Source: Protoeuglena noctilucae (taxonomy: Eukaryota). Taken from it: a DNA stretch of 64,000 nt. The stretch is from the NCBI GenBank assembly GCA_958009085.1, contig OY253677.1, positions 806,001 to 870,000 on the forward strand. Reading direction: 5' to 3'. The notes beneath the pieces were generated by a model. That model was not told the origin of the DNA. It saw nothing but the letters and a program-made list of their open reading frames with translations, and did not search any database. Positions 10,669-25,058 of this stretch are shown here, piece after piece; positions within the stretch are counted from its first letter, which is position 1, and each line of letters starts with the position of its first letter. The position numbers and the translations under genes are program-made.

Positions 10669-13600
10669 CTATGTCCTTTACGACTCTTCCCGCGTCGCTG
10701 GGGTCGCCATTTCCACCAAAGGCGACGGGATGGGGGGTGCCCTGGCCTGCAAGTGGGGAAGACAAGGCAGGGGGTTGAAACAAATCAGAGAGCTTATCAC
10801 ACTCCCACGTGACCCTACCGGCAATGCTCACACCCCTACCCACACACACCACTCCCAAGTACCCCCATCCTCACCCTCACCAACCCCCCAACCCCCAACA
10901 CCCCCTCACCCACTCTCTCCTCCACCTCCCCTCGTCCCCTCGCACCGTCCACGCCAGCCCGAGCATAATCGCGGCACATGGCACCCACCCCATCGTCGCC
11001 ACCACAAACGCCCCCCTGCGCCCCATCGTAAGCACCATCGGTGCCACTAGCGCCGGCCCCAACCCCCTCCCCAGGTCATCCATGGTGGCGTGCAATGCCA
11101 GTGCCAGGCCGCGTGTGTAGGGCGAGTTAACGTTCATCGTCACGGCACGAACGTTGGGGCCTGCCAGGGACGTGATGGCCCCCGCTGCCAGTGCGAGCGT
11201 TTCTGGCAGCACGGGGGGCTGGCGGGGGAGGTCGGCGAGGATGAGGTAGAGGGTGGGGAAGATGCCTGAAGGGGGGGGGGGAGTTGAGGGGAAAATAGTG
11301 GGACAAAAGGAATGGCAGTGAAAGAGATGGTGGGGTTATAGTGGGGGGCCATTGGAGCAATGCCATTGCTCTGCTACACCACGCGACGCTGCCGCTGCCA
11401 CCTCACACTCACCCATCAGCACCCCGGTTGCGAAGAACCACACCATCCACTCCTCTTTCTTGTTATACAGTGCCTGCCCCACCGCGCCCCCCCCAAGGAT
11501 GCCCAGCCCACCCCCGATGCCAAAGCACAGCATAATGCCCGTCGCACGCATCACGCCCAAGCCCTGGTCCTGCAAGTGGATAGGCCAAGGATGGATTTGG
11601 TAAATATTATATACTACTAACAATATATCAGTAATAATAGTATTAACAATAAAGGTAATACCAACTGTTGTATTACAATCGTTTCTGTAACTATATCTTA
11701 GTATTATCTCATTCACATCCCCATCCACACGCACGCCCCTCACCTGTGCGAGGTGGTCGTTCATGAAGACCATCATCATGCCCCAGGGGAGGCTCCCGGG
11801 CACCCCCTGCAAGCACACCAGCACGTTCGAAGGCACACGCAACGTGCTCTTGACACGCTCCCACCCCACCACCCACCCCATCTCCCCTGCACCCCGCAAC
11901 GCGCCCCGCAATGCTTCCACGGGGCCCTCCCCCGCCCCATTCGCCCCCATTCGCAGCTCCGCCCCTCCGATGCCCACGCTTGCGTTTCTGACGCCACCGC
12001 CCAACCCCACCGGTCCCCCGCTCACACCCACCAACCCAACCCGATCCTTACCTACAGCCATCGATGGAGGCTTGTCGACGCGATCACCCCCACCCCCACC
12101 CACACCCTCCCTCAACTCCACCCCACCTGTCCCGCTTGCGCCGTCGCCCCCACCCCCCACACCCACCCGCTCCCGCCAGTTCAACGGCGTCAAATGCCCG
12201 CCACTTGTATGGGTGTTACCCATTACTCGCGCAGGTGTCTCGATCACAACATCGCTGAATGGCGGAACACCCTCCGCACTTGTACCCGCACCCCATCCCG
12301 CCCCCTGCCTTGCCCCCCCCGCACCCCCCCCATTCGAACTGCGCGGCGTGCCACCCTCCGCACCCACCCGGAACCCCCCCCATGGGCTCTCCGGCTCACT
12401 CCCCACCTCCCGCCCCACCCCACTCGCACTGCTATGACCCACCAAGGGCATCAGGCCAGCTACGGGCGTGAAGTTGGCCGGGTTCGTTCCGAAAGGCCCC
12501 TTGACTGCGAAGGAGAGCTGGGTGGCTAGGGACGGGCCGTTGACGATGTCAGCATCGGACTCCTCCCAAGGCCGTCGCCCCCGCCGCCACGCACCGTGCG
12601 GCCGGCGAGTGGGCGGGGCGGGGCCGGGCCAGTGGGGCGCGGCGCCGGTCGCGGCGCGGGGGGCCGTGGCCGTGCCCGGGGCCGTTTACTGGCGGGGCGT
12701 CGGTGCCAGAAACGTCCTTGGCGCCCCGGGGGGGGTCGCGGAACGTTGCGAGCATGAGGGCTGCGGGAGGGGCGAGGTGCGGGGGATGGGAAGGATGCGT
12801 GAGTTGAGACATCGGGTTATCAGTGCGCTGCAGGTGCTGTTGTCAGTAGCTGCAATGCAGTGAGTACTTGCAAGCAAACACGCAAGCTTTCTGATTGCTC
12901 AAACTCGTGTGCGCGGCATATTCATCCGCCATGCTGTAATACATTAGCAAAGCAATCAAAGCATCGCGCCTCTCGCCTGCGACGAGGATGCTCGGCGCGC
13001 CGACCATGACGAACGGAACACGCCATCCCAACGCCGGGCCGACGGTGCCCGCGAGGCCCTGGCCGACCGCGACGCCGATGCCGCTCGCGAGAATAATGAG
13101 CGAAGAAACGAAGTTGCGGCGGGAGGAGGGGAAGAGGTCGGAGAGGATGCTGTAGACCAAAGGGAAGGAGCCACCCACGGCAATGCCCGTCAGCACCCTG
13201 CGGAGCGCCGGAAATGCGAACATCGGAAGATGGATATCATTACATAGCGCTCGTGAGCAGAATATCGCGTCGAGTTCGCGCGGAATCGCGTCCGCGCGCG
13301 CTCCAGCACGCTCGTCATCAATACAGCCGGCCCACTCGCCGGAGGAGGAAGAGCTGCCAGAAGCGGGTGACGAAGAGCGTGAGGACGAGAGGACCTTCGC
13401 CTAGGATCACAACGGAAAGGAGCGCGGCGACGCGGTTGACGTAGGGGTCAATGTAACCCGCGACGACCGACGCGGGGGCGCCTACGAGGAAGAACGCCGC
13501 GGAGGTCTGGCCGGCGAGCTTTGCGTCTCGCTCGCGGTCGTCCATGCCGAGGTCGTGGGCGATCTGCGCGTCGGAAGAGCGCGGGGCGAGGGCGTGACGG

Positions 13601-13976
13601 GGATCCACCATGTCGTGAGGCGCACGCGTCCGTGGGTCGCACGGTTTCTACAGCGCGCTTCGTCTACGCACTCTTCGAGATACAAGCTAACGCACGCGGT
13701 CGCGCGCCCGGCTCAGGGGCTCGCCTGGGTGAGGTTGGGCGCCATCAAGTTCTGGTCCGCTGCCACGAGCGCCGCGATGGTGCAGAGCAGCGCGACGGCG
13801 TACACGTGCGAGTCCCTGCGTCTAATCGCCACCGACATGCGCCAGCCCGCGTAGACGGCCCTCCGGAGGGGCGCGGGGAGCCGCTGCACCCATCGCGCTG
13901 GCCCGCTGGGCTGGCGCGCGTCCCGCGAGCCGCGGCCATCGCTGCCCGCGAGCAGCGAGTCCATATCCTCATGCAT
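10669..13976 (-). CDS. Major facilitator superfamily (Spinster-like) transporter, ~7 exons
   Basis: ADQNLMAPNLTQIA, QLFLLRVLTGIAVGGSFPLVYSILSDLF, QGVPGSLPWG, MDDLGRGLGP; last exon reads ...REES-TAA(10678)-RT-TAG(10669); probable homopolymer frameshift near 12660. Confidence 0.9.
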
Positions 13977-15072
13977 GAACGCGGCACCGCAGACGGGGCG
14001 CGCGGGTCGACCCGGCGGGCGTCAACAACCCCATGCTTTGACGCAAGGCCCGATTTTGCGCTTCATGTCCCGCCGAATCACCAAGACAGGTCTCCGATGC
14101 ACGATGCGATAGCTGTCTCGCGCTTCGTCAGTCGCGGGACGCCATGAAACGACTCCCGCTGCCAGTTGGGGCCCCGCCAGCCACGAGGCTTGCAGCACGA
14201 GCCTGTTCCTCTCGCTTTTCTCTCGCAATCGGAATCGCATCGACTTCAAGTGCACGTGTGAGGGTGTGAGAAACGTTGTGTAAACAGAAAAGAGGGCGCG
14301 GGCGCGCGCCGGGGCTCGTGGCTGCAGAGGGGGGTCGGGCGTAGGAAAGGCCGTTGCGTTACAGCACCCGGTCTCCGCCAACCCCCTCCGCGCCAAAGCC
14401 ACCGGCGCGCAGCCCGTCCGCAGAGCCCCGCGCGCCGCGCTGCGTGCTCTCGAACGCCACCGGCCGGTGGCAGCGCGCGTGGCGGGCGGGGCACTGCATG
14501 CGCATGCTAGCGCACGTGCCCGCACCGCCAGCCTAGCTGCGGCGCAAGCAGGCAACGTGCTGTGGCCAGGGGGACGCAAAGGGCGCACCGCGGAACGTCA
14601 CCCTATCGATGCGCATCGCTGCAAACGCAAGCACGCGCGTGCAAAGGGGCAGGCGAGGGACGTGCTGTGTGCCGGGAGAAGCACGTTTGGCCAAGGGCGG
14701 GCAAGAGTGAGTGGTGTTGGGTAGAAGGGAATGTACCCACGTCAGCCTGAGTCAGGGCCGCAGCTGGGCCGGGCAGGAGGGTACAGAGGGAAAGCGAAAC
14801 GCCAGAGAAACGCCAGAGTAAAAGAGGGGAGGTTGGCTAACAGGGAACGGGGCTGGTGCAAGTGGGCCCTTGCGAGGAGGCCAGAGGGACCCAGCGGCGC
14901 AGTGGCAGGCGTGCCTTGCATGTGCCAGGCAGGCATGACCCGAGATGCATCGTGCATACAGCCGAGGCCGACCATGCGCGTGCGTGCGTGCCTACCTACA
15001 CATGGGCAGCGCCTTACAGGTCGAAAGGGGTAGGGCTTGCGCAGAGCGGCTGCTCCGAGATAAGGTGGTTGT

Positions 15073-18000
15073 TTAGGACACATCCAGGGTAGGGGAATGC
15101 AAAGGGGCAGGGGGGTAGGCATAAACAGGAGGTCTGGCAGGGTAGGGAGCGCCAGCGTCGCGCGTCGTCGGTAACGAGCGAGAGAGGGGTCGCTGGTGGT
15201 TGAGTGAAGGGTAGGGCGTCAAGGCGCGGCGAGGGTGGCGGTGGCAGGTGTGGGGCGGGTGTGTCGTGAGGCAGAGTAGCTGGGGAGGCGATAGGCCAGG
15301 TGAGAGGCGACGCGGCGATGGGGGGGGGCGATGGGAGATGAGGGACAGGTGGCGTGAGCGTCACTGCAAGGGAGGGCAGCAGGGGAGGTGAGGGAGGCGA
15401 GGGTGTGCGTAGTACTTTTGGGGTGTGACGTAAGGGGTGGAGAGCAGGTCTTATGTCTGTGTGAAACCCCAGTAGCACCCCCTTGCATTATTATCCTGCA
15501 CCCACTCACCTTCTAGGCATGTTCAAGCTCAGGCTGAGGTAAACAGCCCATGTAATTACACACACGCTCTGTGTCCCTCCCAACACCGACAGCCCTCACC
15601 TTCTTGGGCATGTTCAGACTCAAGCTGAGGTTGATACCCTTGTCCTGCTTGCGCGACGACACGTCCTCCGCCGCGTGACCGTTGCCGTTGCTGCTCCCGT
15701 GGCCATTACCGTTGCCGTGGCCATTGCCCGTGGCGTGGCCGAGGCTGTCCAGGGATGCCCACATGGAGCCTGGGGGTGGGTGGGAGAAGGGCTAATGAAT
15801 AGCCCTTTACACAATTCAGAACCCAATCCACCCAACCAAACTCAACCCCAGCAGCACTGCTGTGACGACGAGCTCCATCCATGCACTCACTAGTCACTAC
15901 CAAACATCATTAACACAGCAACCACCCCGACCATCACCACCCACCCTCCCATCCCCTCACCCGACCCCAACAGCGTGGCCATGGGCGGCAGCCCCCCCTT
16001 GGGCCCCGTAGCCGCCCCGAACCCCCCAAAGCCGTGCGGCAGGCTCTCATCCCCTTTAAACGTCCCAGGCAGCACCAGGCTGCTGGGCGGGCCCTGGAAC
16101 GCGCTTCCGCTCAGCCCACGGCCCAGCGACACGCTGGCGCGACCCGAGCTGCCGCCGGTGTGGAAGGCGCTCCCGGGAGCCGCCGCCTCGTGACCCGATC
16201 CCCCCGCGCCCCTCGCGTGGTTGTGGCCGTGGCCGTGGCCCCCGCTGCTCGTGGGCTGCGACAGGCGCTGGATCAAGTCCTGCATGCTGGGGCTCGCACC
16301 CATGCCGCCCATGCCGCTCATGCCGCCCATGCTGTCCGGGGGCCCCTGAGAGAGCATCGCGAGCAGGCCGTCCGCGTCGCGGTCGGAAGGGGCGGGGCCG
16401 GGGACGGGAAGCGGGCCAGCGGAGCGGGAGTGGCGGGAGAGCGGGGCGGCCGGAGGGGCGGCGCGGCGCGGCTGGGGTGCCAGGAGGGAGAGGAGCTCCC
16501 CGATGGATTGCATGGGCGGAGAGGAGGGGCCGGGGGGTTCCGGGTGCGCCCAGGGGTGGGTGAGGGCGGGGGCGAAGGCGGGGGGACCGGTCGAGGTGGG
16601 CGCGGGGGCCAGTCCGGTGCCCAGGAGCGCCTGCAGTGCGTTGTCGTGGCGAGCGGCGGCGGGGGGCGTCTGCCCGCGTGCGGGCGCGGCGAAGGGGCGG
16701 CGGGGGAGGGGACGGAGGGCGGGTCGAGAGGCGTCGGAAGCGTCGAGGGAAGGGGAGAGGGCCGAGGTGTTGGTGCCCGTGTTGGTGTTGGTGCCAGTGT
16801 TGGTGTGGGAGAGGGACGCGGGGCCGGAAGGGAAGGCGTCGCGGTGCGGGCGGGCCGCGGGGGCCGGGGCGGGGCGGGCGGGGGGCCGCGCGTGGTGGTT
16901 GGCGTGGGTATGCGCATTGGCGTGACCACCACCCATGCCGTCCTGCTGAAGGATCGCCGAGAGCAGCGTGGCGGCGGGGTTGCTGTCTCCCGTGATGAGC
17001 TGCAGGACCTGCAGCAGCTGGTCGGTGCTCAGGCCCAGCTCGTGCTCCAGTTGCTGCAACACCTGTCCCGCGCGTGTCAGGCGTGCTGCCGCCACCACCT
17101 GGGCCTCTGTGAAGGACCCCCACGGCTGCTGCTGCTGCTGCTGTTGCTGCTGCAGGTGCTCGTGCCGCTGGTGCTGCATCAAGAGCAGCTCCAGGACCTT
17201 CTCCAACCCCACCACCCCTGCACCGCCCCATGCCCCCGGGTCAGCTGTAGGGGCCGGGGTGGGTGCGGGGGGGGAAGGCCCGACCTCCCGCCCGCCCGCG
17301 CGCGACCCCCGCAGCGCCTCCGCGCCCTGCATGGCCTGGCCAGCGGTGGCGGGCGGGAGCAGGGCGGAGGCGGGGGCGGCGGTGGCGGGGAGCGGGAGGG
17401 ACGGCGGGGGCGTGGCGGCGCTGGGCTGGGTCTTGGGGGTCTTGGGTGCTTTGCCGTGCAGCGTCTCGAGTGCCCCCAACAGCATGTGCTGATGGGGGAG
17501 GCCGCTCAACAGGCTCTCCGCACCGTTCTGTGTGGACGGTGGGGGGTTGGGGGATGCTGGGTTGGTGTCTGAGCAAAGGTATTGTTGTTCTAGATGGCAT
17601 GGCATGGCATGGCGTGGATGGGGTCAATATCACTCGCACCCCTGCCGCACCCCTGTACCACACTACGCGTCTCAACAACCCCGCAGCACAGCCCTGTCTT
17701 TGCAACCCTCCCCACAACCCCCCTTCACCCCCATCCACCACCCCTCACTCCACTCACCCCACCCCTCGGCACCCCCAGCGGCAGTCCCGTCCCCTGCATC
17801 CCGAGGAACGCCTCAGCGGCACGGCTGCTGGGCACGCCCCGCTCCGCCGGGCTGCCCTTGGCCGAGGCCCGCGTGGGCGGGGGCGTCGGGGATCGCTCCG
17901 CGTCGGAATGGGTGCGGCGCCGGCGCTTGCCGCGCCTCCTCCCCGACCCCACCGGTACGTTGCGGAGGGTGCCGCCCTCGGTCCAGTATCGCTGGCAGGA

Positions 18001-19063
18001 CTTGCACAGGTAGCGGGGCTGGTTCTCGTTGTAGTTGTTGTAGTAGCAGAACTTGGTGTCCGTGGAGGAGCAGCGGGGGCACTGCAGCAGTAGTTGGGGG
18101 ACGGGTGAGGGTGAGGGTGGCCGTGAGGGTGTGGGTGAGGGTGGGGATGAAGGTGGTGGTTGCTTGTAATGGGTGCGGATGGCGTCGCGGCACTATCGTT
18201 GCGGTGCAGGGCGGCGTAGTGGGGCTACCCCCGGTGCGTACTAGCACGAGGCATGGGAGCGACCGAGAACGACAGGTGGGATGCGAGGGGTGGGAGTGGA
18301 TGTGCGGTGCGTGGATATCGCGGAGTAAGAGATCTTGTGCATTGCTGGGATGCCCAAACGCCATGGACACGCGCTGAGGATGCATCGATAAACACGCATG
18401 CATGCATGCGCTCGCCTTCAGGCCCTCCATCTGCAAGCGTTTGTTCGAATTGGCCGCCCGGTCGCCATTCTTGTCGTCCAAGACCTTCTCGGCGCCCTCG
18501 CCTTCGCCCCGCCCCGACGCGGTCGCCGTCCCGACCGCCTCTTCTGCCGGTGGGGGCGCCGCATCCGCCCTGCGCGAGCCCGCGGAGTCCGATGTAAGCG
18601 CCAGCGCGAACGCTGGCATCGGAAATCAACATGCTCGACCCATCGCGACGGCCCATGTGGCGCTGCGAGGCTGATCCAAGCGCGAGGAGGCGTGCGCACC
18701 TGACGTGGTTGGGGATCGTCGAGGCCGTGCCGTTTCGCGAGCTGCCAGACCCGGATTCGGGCACCACAGCGGCGTCGAAGAGCTCTTTATGGGGCGCAGT
18801 GGCCCCCCTCAGGGGCAGCGACGAGCCGGCGCCCCCTGTCCGCTTTTCCTCTTGTGGGTCGCCTTTTCCCGAGGTCGCGGCTCTGTCTCCAGCTCTGTCT
18901 CCTGCGCGCGCGGGCGAAGTGCCATCGATTCGGGGCTACGAAGCCGTGACACAGCGACGAGAGAGGGCGGCGAGGCCGTAGGGGCGCGGAACACAGACTT
19001 CAGCCCCCCGGCCTCGCCTGTCGGGCCTTCCAGCGGCCCGGCCTCGTCATCACGCATCTTCAT
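15073..19063 (-). CDS. Dof zinc-finger transcription factor (both ends uncertain)
   Basis: ~18081-17945 encodes [45 protein letters not shown], a canonical Dof domain; long low-complexity downstream exons with polyQ. Confidence 0.9.
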
Positions 19064-19772
19064 GACCTGCGCGTACGGCGGGCGAGCGATACCTCGCCGC
19101 AGGGGCGCGGGGCCGTTGCGCGACCCAGCCGCGTCGGTGGGCCCCGCGCGCGCGTGATTCAGGGGGTAGCACTCGCTGACGGCGCGCGCCTCGCCTTCAG
19201 GCGACTGGCCCGTGAGTGCTCGGTCCTCCGCGGGGGCGGGCGGTGAACGCCGCGGGAAAAGTTCGCCTGCCCCGACCCTCGACGCGCGCGAGCGTCCCAC
19301 GATCCGCAGAGTACTATCGTCGGAGCGAGGCCCGCGCCAGGCCTCGCCCGTTCGCGCCGGCGAGTGTCTTTCGATCCGAAAGACTCACGAGGCCAAAGCA
19401 AGGAAGCGGCGGGCGAAAGTCACGGGATTCATGCCTCATGCGATGGTCCGGGGCGGTTGCGCGCGCCGCGGGTCGCGCAGCGGGCAAAAGTGCTACCGAA
19501 ACCCGCCTCTGACACGAACAACCGCCCAAAGCCGTTGCGGGACGCCCCGCCGGCCGCGGAAAGGGACGATCGCGGTCACTAGAAGTCCGGCGCTCCGGTC
19601 CCGGCACTCCTGCAGCAGCTTGGAGGCTGAGTTTTGCGCGTTTCAAAGCGCTTAGACAGCTCGTGAAGTGGGTCGCAGCTGAGAGGGGCTCGCAGGAGAC
19701 GCGTGGGGGACTCGGGGTCGCGAGGGGTCGGCCCATTCCCGGCGGGAGCTTTCCTGCGCGTGTGGGGCTGCG

Positions 19773-22700
19773 ATGGACGCCGCCGAGTCGCCGGACGCGT
19801 CCACCTCGGGGGCGAGCGAGCTAGCCGACTATCTGGTGGTGAGGGCGTCCACGGGGTCGGCGGAGCGCGGCCCCGTCGTCACGCGTCACGCGTCGCGCCC
19901 GTCCGAACCCGCGGCGCGCGCCCCGCCCCGCGCAGGAGTGCGCGCGGAAGGGCTCCCGGGTGGAATCCCAGCGCGTGGACAGCATCCTGCAGCGCGTGAG
20001 CCAGCTGAACTTCGTCCGCCTGGAGCCCGCGGCCATCGCGGAGCTGCTGCACACCCTCACGGTGGCCATCCAGCGCCTCGCCGCGGAGAACCAGAGGCCG
20101 CACCACGCGCCGGTGATGGATATCATCGAGAAGGCCTCGAAGGAACTTGAGCCGGGGGGCTTCCCCCCGGCGACGCTGGCCCACATCCTCTGGACCTGGG
20201 CCACGCTGCAGCAGAGGCCCTCGATGGTCACGTCCCGCCGCGTGTGCACGGCCGTCGCCGCGTCCATCGGGAGCATGACGCCCGAGCAAATCAGCACCGT
20301 CGCGTGGTGCCTCGGCGCGCAGGACGTCCGCGCCAAGTCGGGTGCGTGCCTTGGGCCGCCTGCGGGGCCCTCCGCCGGCGCGCCGCGGCCGCCCCGCCCC
20401 CGCAATTGCCCATCCGCTTGTTTTTCTTCATTCCCAAATCTCGCGGACGCCCTCTGCAAGGACGTGTTCAGCCGCATATGGGCGTTCTCGATGGACCATC
20501 TCCGGTACGTGGCGTGGGCCTTCCGTTCCCTCGCCTACGCCCCCCCCCCCCGCCATTTGGAGGGTGCTGGAAGAAGGGGCGGAGGCGTTCGCGACGCGGT
20601 GGACCTTCAAGACCATCTGCGCGGCGCTGTGGCTGGTGCGTGGTGGTTGGGAAGAGGTGGCGTTGCACGTGGCAGCAACGTGGGCTGCATTGTGCATGCC
20701 GCTTGCGGGGTGTCGGTGAAAGTAGCATTCACCCCGCTCAGCTCTGGCACGCACGCCCTGCTGTCTGCGCGACTGTTAGCCGCCTGCCCACCCCTCACTC
20801 ACTCACCCCACCTCGCTCCCACTCACTCCCCGCCCCTGCACCCTTGCAGTCCGCCGAGCTGGGCTACCAGCTCCCCAGCCCCGCCATGTCCGCCCTGCGT
20901 CGCGAGATCGCTTCCCGCCTGTCCGACTTTACGCACGAAGAGATGGTGGTGGTGCTCAAGGCGTGGGCCAAGGTCGGGTACCGGGACGGGGGGTCTGCCG
21001 TCCGCTACTGCATCACGGAGCTGGCGGAGGCGGCGGGTGAGACGAGGATAAGGGTGGGAGTGGGGATTAGATGTGTGTTAAAGGGGGGGATAGGGGGGTA
21101 GGGAAGAGAGGCTGTGTGCGGCGGGTGAGATGGGGGGAGCAAGGATGGGGATGGGTGGGTAGCATGGCGTGTCCTGCTACTGTTACCCATCACTCGCTCA
21201 CTCACTCACGCCACCCTTATTCCCTCCCCCCCAGTGGAGCTCCCCCCCGACATCCTGGCCGATGCCTTCCTCAGCAGCGCAGAGCTCATGGCGCAGGTGA
21301 GGGGGCCTCATGGGCGGTGATAACAATGATGATGACGCTGCTGCATCCACTCTCCCTCTCACCCCACCCACTCACTCACTGACTCACTCACCCCCTTCCC
21401 CCCCTCTCCCCAGTCCCGCCAGGCCGTGGACCGCTCCACGCTCCAGCGCTTCGAGGACGCGGTGCTGGTGGCCTGCTCCAGAGTGGACGCCTCCCAAGTC
21501 ACCAAGATACTCCGGGCGTTCACCGTCATTAAGTACACGCCCTCGCAGGGGGTGCTGGTGAGCAGATGGGGGATGGGACTGTTTCGGGTGTCCCCCATGC
21601 TGCCGTCAGCCATTGTCAACTACAGTCATCAACTCGTATATCCGTAAACAATGAACAACCCCCCATCCCTTCTCATCTCCCCAGCGTTTCCTGGAGCGCC
21701 AGTTCACGGCCAAGATGTCCGACGCCTCCCCGTCCGACGTGGCCGGCGTGGTCGACAGCTACTGCCGCAACAGCTACGCGGGCAGCCCCGAGTTCGTGAC
21801 GGCGCTGGACGGCGAGCTGAGCGGGGATCTGGCGGAGCGGATGGGGGTGCGGGACATCTGCAAGGTGGCGCTGGGGGCGGCGCGGCTGGGGTGGGAGCTG
21901 TCGGGGGAGGCAATGGACATGATGGACGCCAGGCTGGAGGCGAGTGGGTGTTGTATTCAATTATACTATCATATGGTCTTGTTGTTATCATTGGTGGTGG
22001 TACCCTAGACAACTCCCCACTCACCCTCACGAACCCACCTCACCCCACTTACCCCACTCACCCTCACCCACTCACTCCCTCTCTCACAGTCTCTCATATT
22101 GGCCAACGCCCCCGTGGCCCCATTGGACGCCGCGCAGCTCCTCTGGGCCTTCGCCAGGATCGGGTACGGCCTTTCTGACACCGTGGTCAAGCTGCTTGAA
22201 ACGGTGGCCACCGACCATTTGAAACTGGTCGACAGCTCCTCGGTGATCGCGGGTTCGATACCCACCGAGTCCTCGGAGATCGTAAAGCTGCTGGCGGACG
22301 CGAGTGGCGGGGTCGGGAATGGGACGGGGGAGGGGGCGAGGGCGGGGGGTGGGGAGGTTAGGGCGGGGCCGGCGGGGGTGGCGGCGGTGAGTGGGAGTTA
22401 GGGTGGGGTAGATGGGGTGGGGGTGTAGGGAGGTGTGGAGTAGGGCGGGAAGTACGATGAGAGCATGGGATGTACAGTGTTGCACGTCCTGCAGCATCCC
22501 CCCCCCCCCCCAGGCCGCCTCCCAGATGCTGTTAACTGGCGCCTTTGCCTGGCGCACCAGCGACCACGCCAGCGCGTCATCCCTCGACACCTCCTATCGA
22601 GAGAACAGCACCGGATACTATAACAACAATAACAGTTACAGTAGTTACAGTGGCAACGGCAAGGGGAGCGGTTACGGCGGCAACACGATGGGGGGCGGTG

Positions 22701-24078
22701 GCAACATTGGTAACAGTAATAGTAACAGCCCGGGTAATAATGGCACGGCGTCGCTTCGGCAGGTGTCGCGGAGGGGGGAGGGCTTTGGGTTCGTGAGTCC
22801 CCGGGCTTCGGCGTCGTCGCTGCAGCTGCAGGCGGCCGTGGCGATGGCCAGCCAGAACGCGAGGGGGGGGTTCTCGCGCATGGTGAGAGATGAGTGGGGA
22901 AAATAATAACAATAAGTAATAGTACTGGTAGTAATGGTAGTAGTAACGCATGACATGGGTGTGGCGATGGCCAGCCAGAACGCGAGGGGGGGGGTTCTCA
23001 CGCATGGTGAGAGGTGGTTGTTAGCTGTAAGGAAATGGCAGTAGATAGAGTAATGGTAACAGTACAGTATTGAGACAGGTAATTAATATTTCTTCTATAA
23101 TCAATTAATAAATCTCCCTCTCCCCCCCCAGTCCTCCAACGCCACCTTCACGTCAGACGGCTCCTCCCCCCTTGCCGCCCGCCGCGCCTCCCGCCGCCAC
23201 CCGGGCACACAGTCCGTCGACCTCAACGACTCCAATTATGGAAACAATGATGGTGCTAATGGTAACTACCATAACCCGGCGACGGTGGTGCCCGTCAACA
23301 AGCGCTCGTCCAGCAGCAACCCCGTCGGCCGCATGACGTCGCTTGACAAGCACGGGGGGAAGGGGGCGGGGTCGCCGGGGAGCGCGGCGTCGGTGAGTGT
23401 TTATATGGGGGACTGGATTATTAGAATATATATTGTATTGGTAGTATGTTGTACTAATAGTCGGTGAGTGCAAGCAGTGGGGCAGGGTCGCACGCCTCGC
23501 CCCCAACCCCACCCCACTCGCCCCACACCCACTCTACAAAGTTCACTGGTAGCAGTATTCATTACCCCGCATACAAACTCTCCCATTTCCCCCCTCTACC
23601 CCCCAGTCCCCGAGCGCCGCGTCCCTCCCCCCCACCACCGCCACCCCCCGTGCCAAGCGACTGAGTGACCAGCTCATTGCGGCATCGGACGCCACCTACC
23701 GAGGGTCGAGGCGCGTCAGCAAGGGGAGCACGCCGGGTGAGAGATGGGGGTGACAGTGGTGGTACTGATAGCATTTTTCGTCAGCAAGGGGAGCATGCCG
23801 GGTGAAGGAGCAGGGCGTTACATGCGCATTGGCACAACTCGGATCACGTCTTCGACCGCCGCCCCAGCTTTTAGCCCCTTCCGCACCCTCACTCACTCAT
23901 CCCCACTCTCCCACCCCCAGCCCTGAGCCCCCTGGGCGCCCGCCGTGACTCCCTGGACAGCCCCGCCTTTGCGGTGCGGAGCGACGACGATGCGACTGCC
24001 CCACGGCTGGCGCCCCGTCACTCGCGCCAGGGGTCGTATGGGCAGCAGCTGCCCTACTCCAGTGCGATCGAGACGTGA
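19773..24078 (+). CDS. Alpha-helical repeat protein, OPR/RAP/FASTK-like, ~11 exons
   Basis: Repeated motifs FPPATLAHILWTWATL, MTPEQISTVAWCLG, FSMDHLRYVAWAFRSLAY, LDAAQLLWAFARIGY; ends TGA 24076-24078; poly-C frameshift at ~20541-20551. Confidence 0.7.
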
Positions 24079-25058
24079 TGAAGTGGGTGGGATGGATGGG
24101 GTGGGATGTAACGAGGGTAGTTGGAATGGGTTAGGGGTTAAGAGATGGGATAGAATGGATTTTTTTGGTGCATGGGGATGGAAAAATGGGAAAATGGGAT
24201 GGGACGGGGTGGGATGCGGTGGGATGCGCAAGCCACCACCGCCAGTGCCGGCATCCACCGCGTTCCCCAGACATCCCCGTGCCGTTTTCTGTTCGTCTTT
24301 GTCTTTTCTTTTGCTAGAAGCATCGCCGGCCGTCGTCAGGCTCGTGTGTATCTATCGCTTTCCCATGCACCCATTGGGGGTGGGTCGTCCAAGGACCCGC
24401 CTCTGATCCCCTCCGCTAGCCGGCGCCCAGCCGCCACGCCACGCGCAATCCGCAACATGTGACAGCTTATATGCAAGATGCGATGTGTGATATGTTGCAG
24501 CCCGTCTGCGCCACCCCTTCCCAGTTGCGCCGTGGCCGACAGACCGTTGCCCTGCGCCCCATAATTAACCCTGCACCCCCTCCCCTCGCCCACGCTTGTT
24601 GCTCGTTCTCACGCCACCACGCTGCCGTTGTCGATGTGTTGCTAGCCGCCGTGCTCGCCCCCTCCTCTCGTCCGCGCCTCACGACACCCTCTGACATTCC
24701 CCTGACGTTCTCTGACAGTTTCAAACAGCAAGTCGGGCCTCGCTGGCCCTCTGACGCTGCCAGTATTGCGCCAGAGACTGCCAGAATGCCAGCAGCGCCG
24801 CACGTTTCCTACAACTGAGGGTTGCACACGGGCATCCGCGCCTCGACTCTTTGAAGCGCGCACGCGAGAAGTGCAGGGTTCGAAACCCAGCGGCGACCGA
24901 GTGAGGAGTAAATCCGACGCTAAAAAGTAACGCTAACGAGTTGCTTTGATAGGAACAAAGGGACACTGCTGCTTGCGAGGCGGGACTGCCACCACCCTGC
25001 CACTGCCCCTATCCACCCACCCCCTCTCTCAACCCACCCCCTCTCCACCACCCGCCTC

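Noticed and set aside
12655..12665. Frameshift in MFS gene (similar ones at 20541-20551, ~39305 and ~37800)
   Set aside because: All fall in G/C homopolymer runs, typical of long-read consensus errors; not treated as pseudogenes or programmed frameshifts
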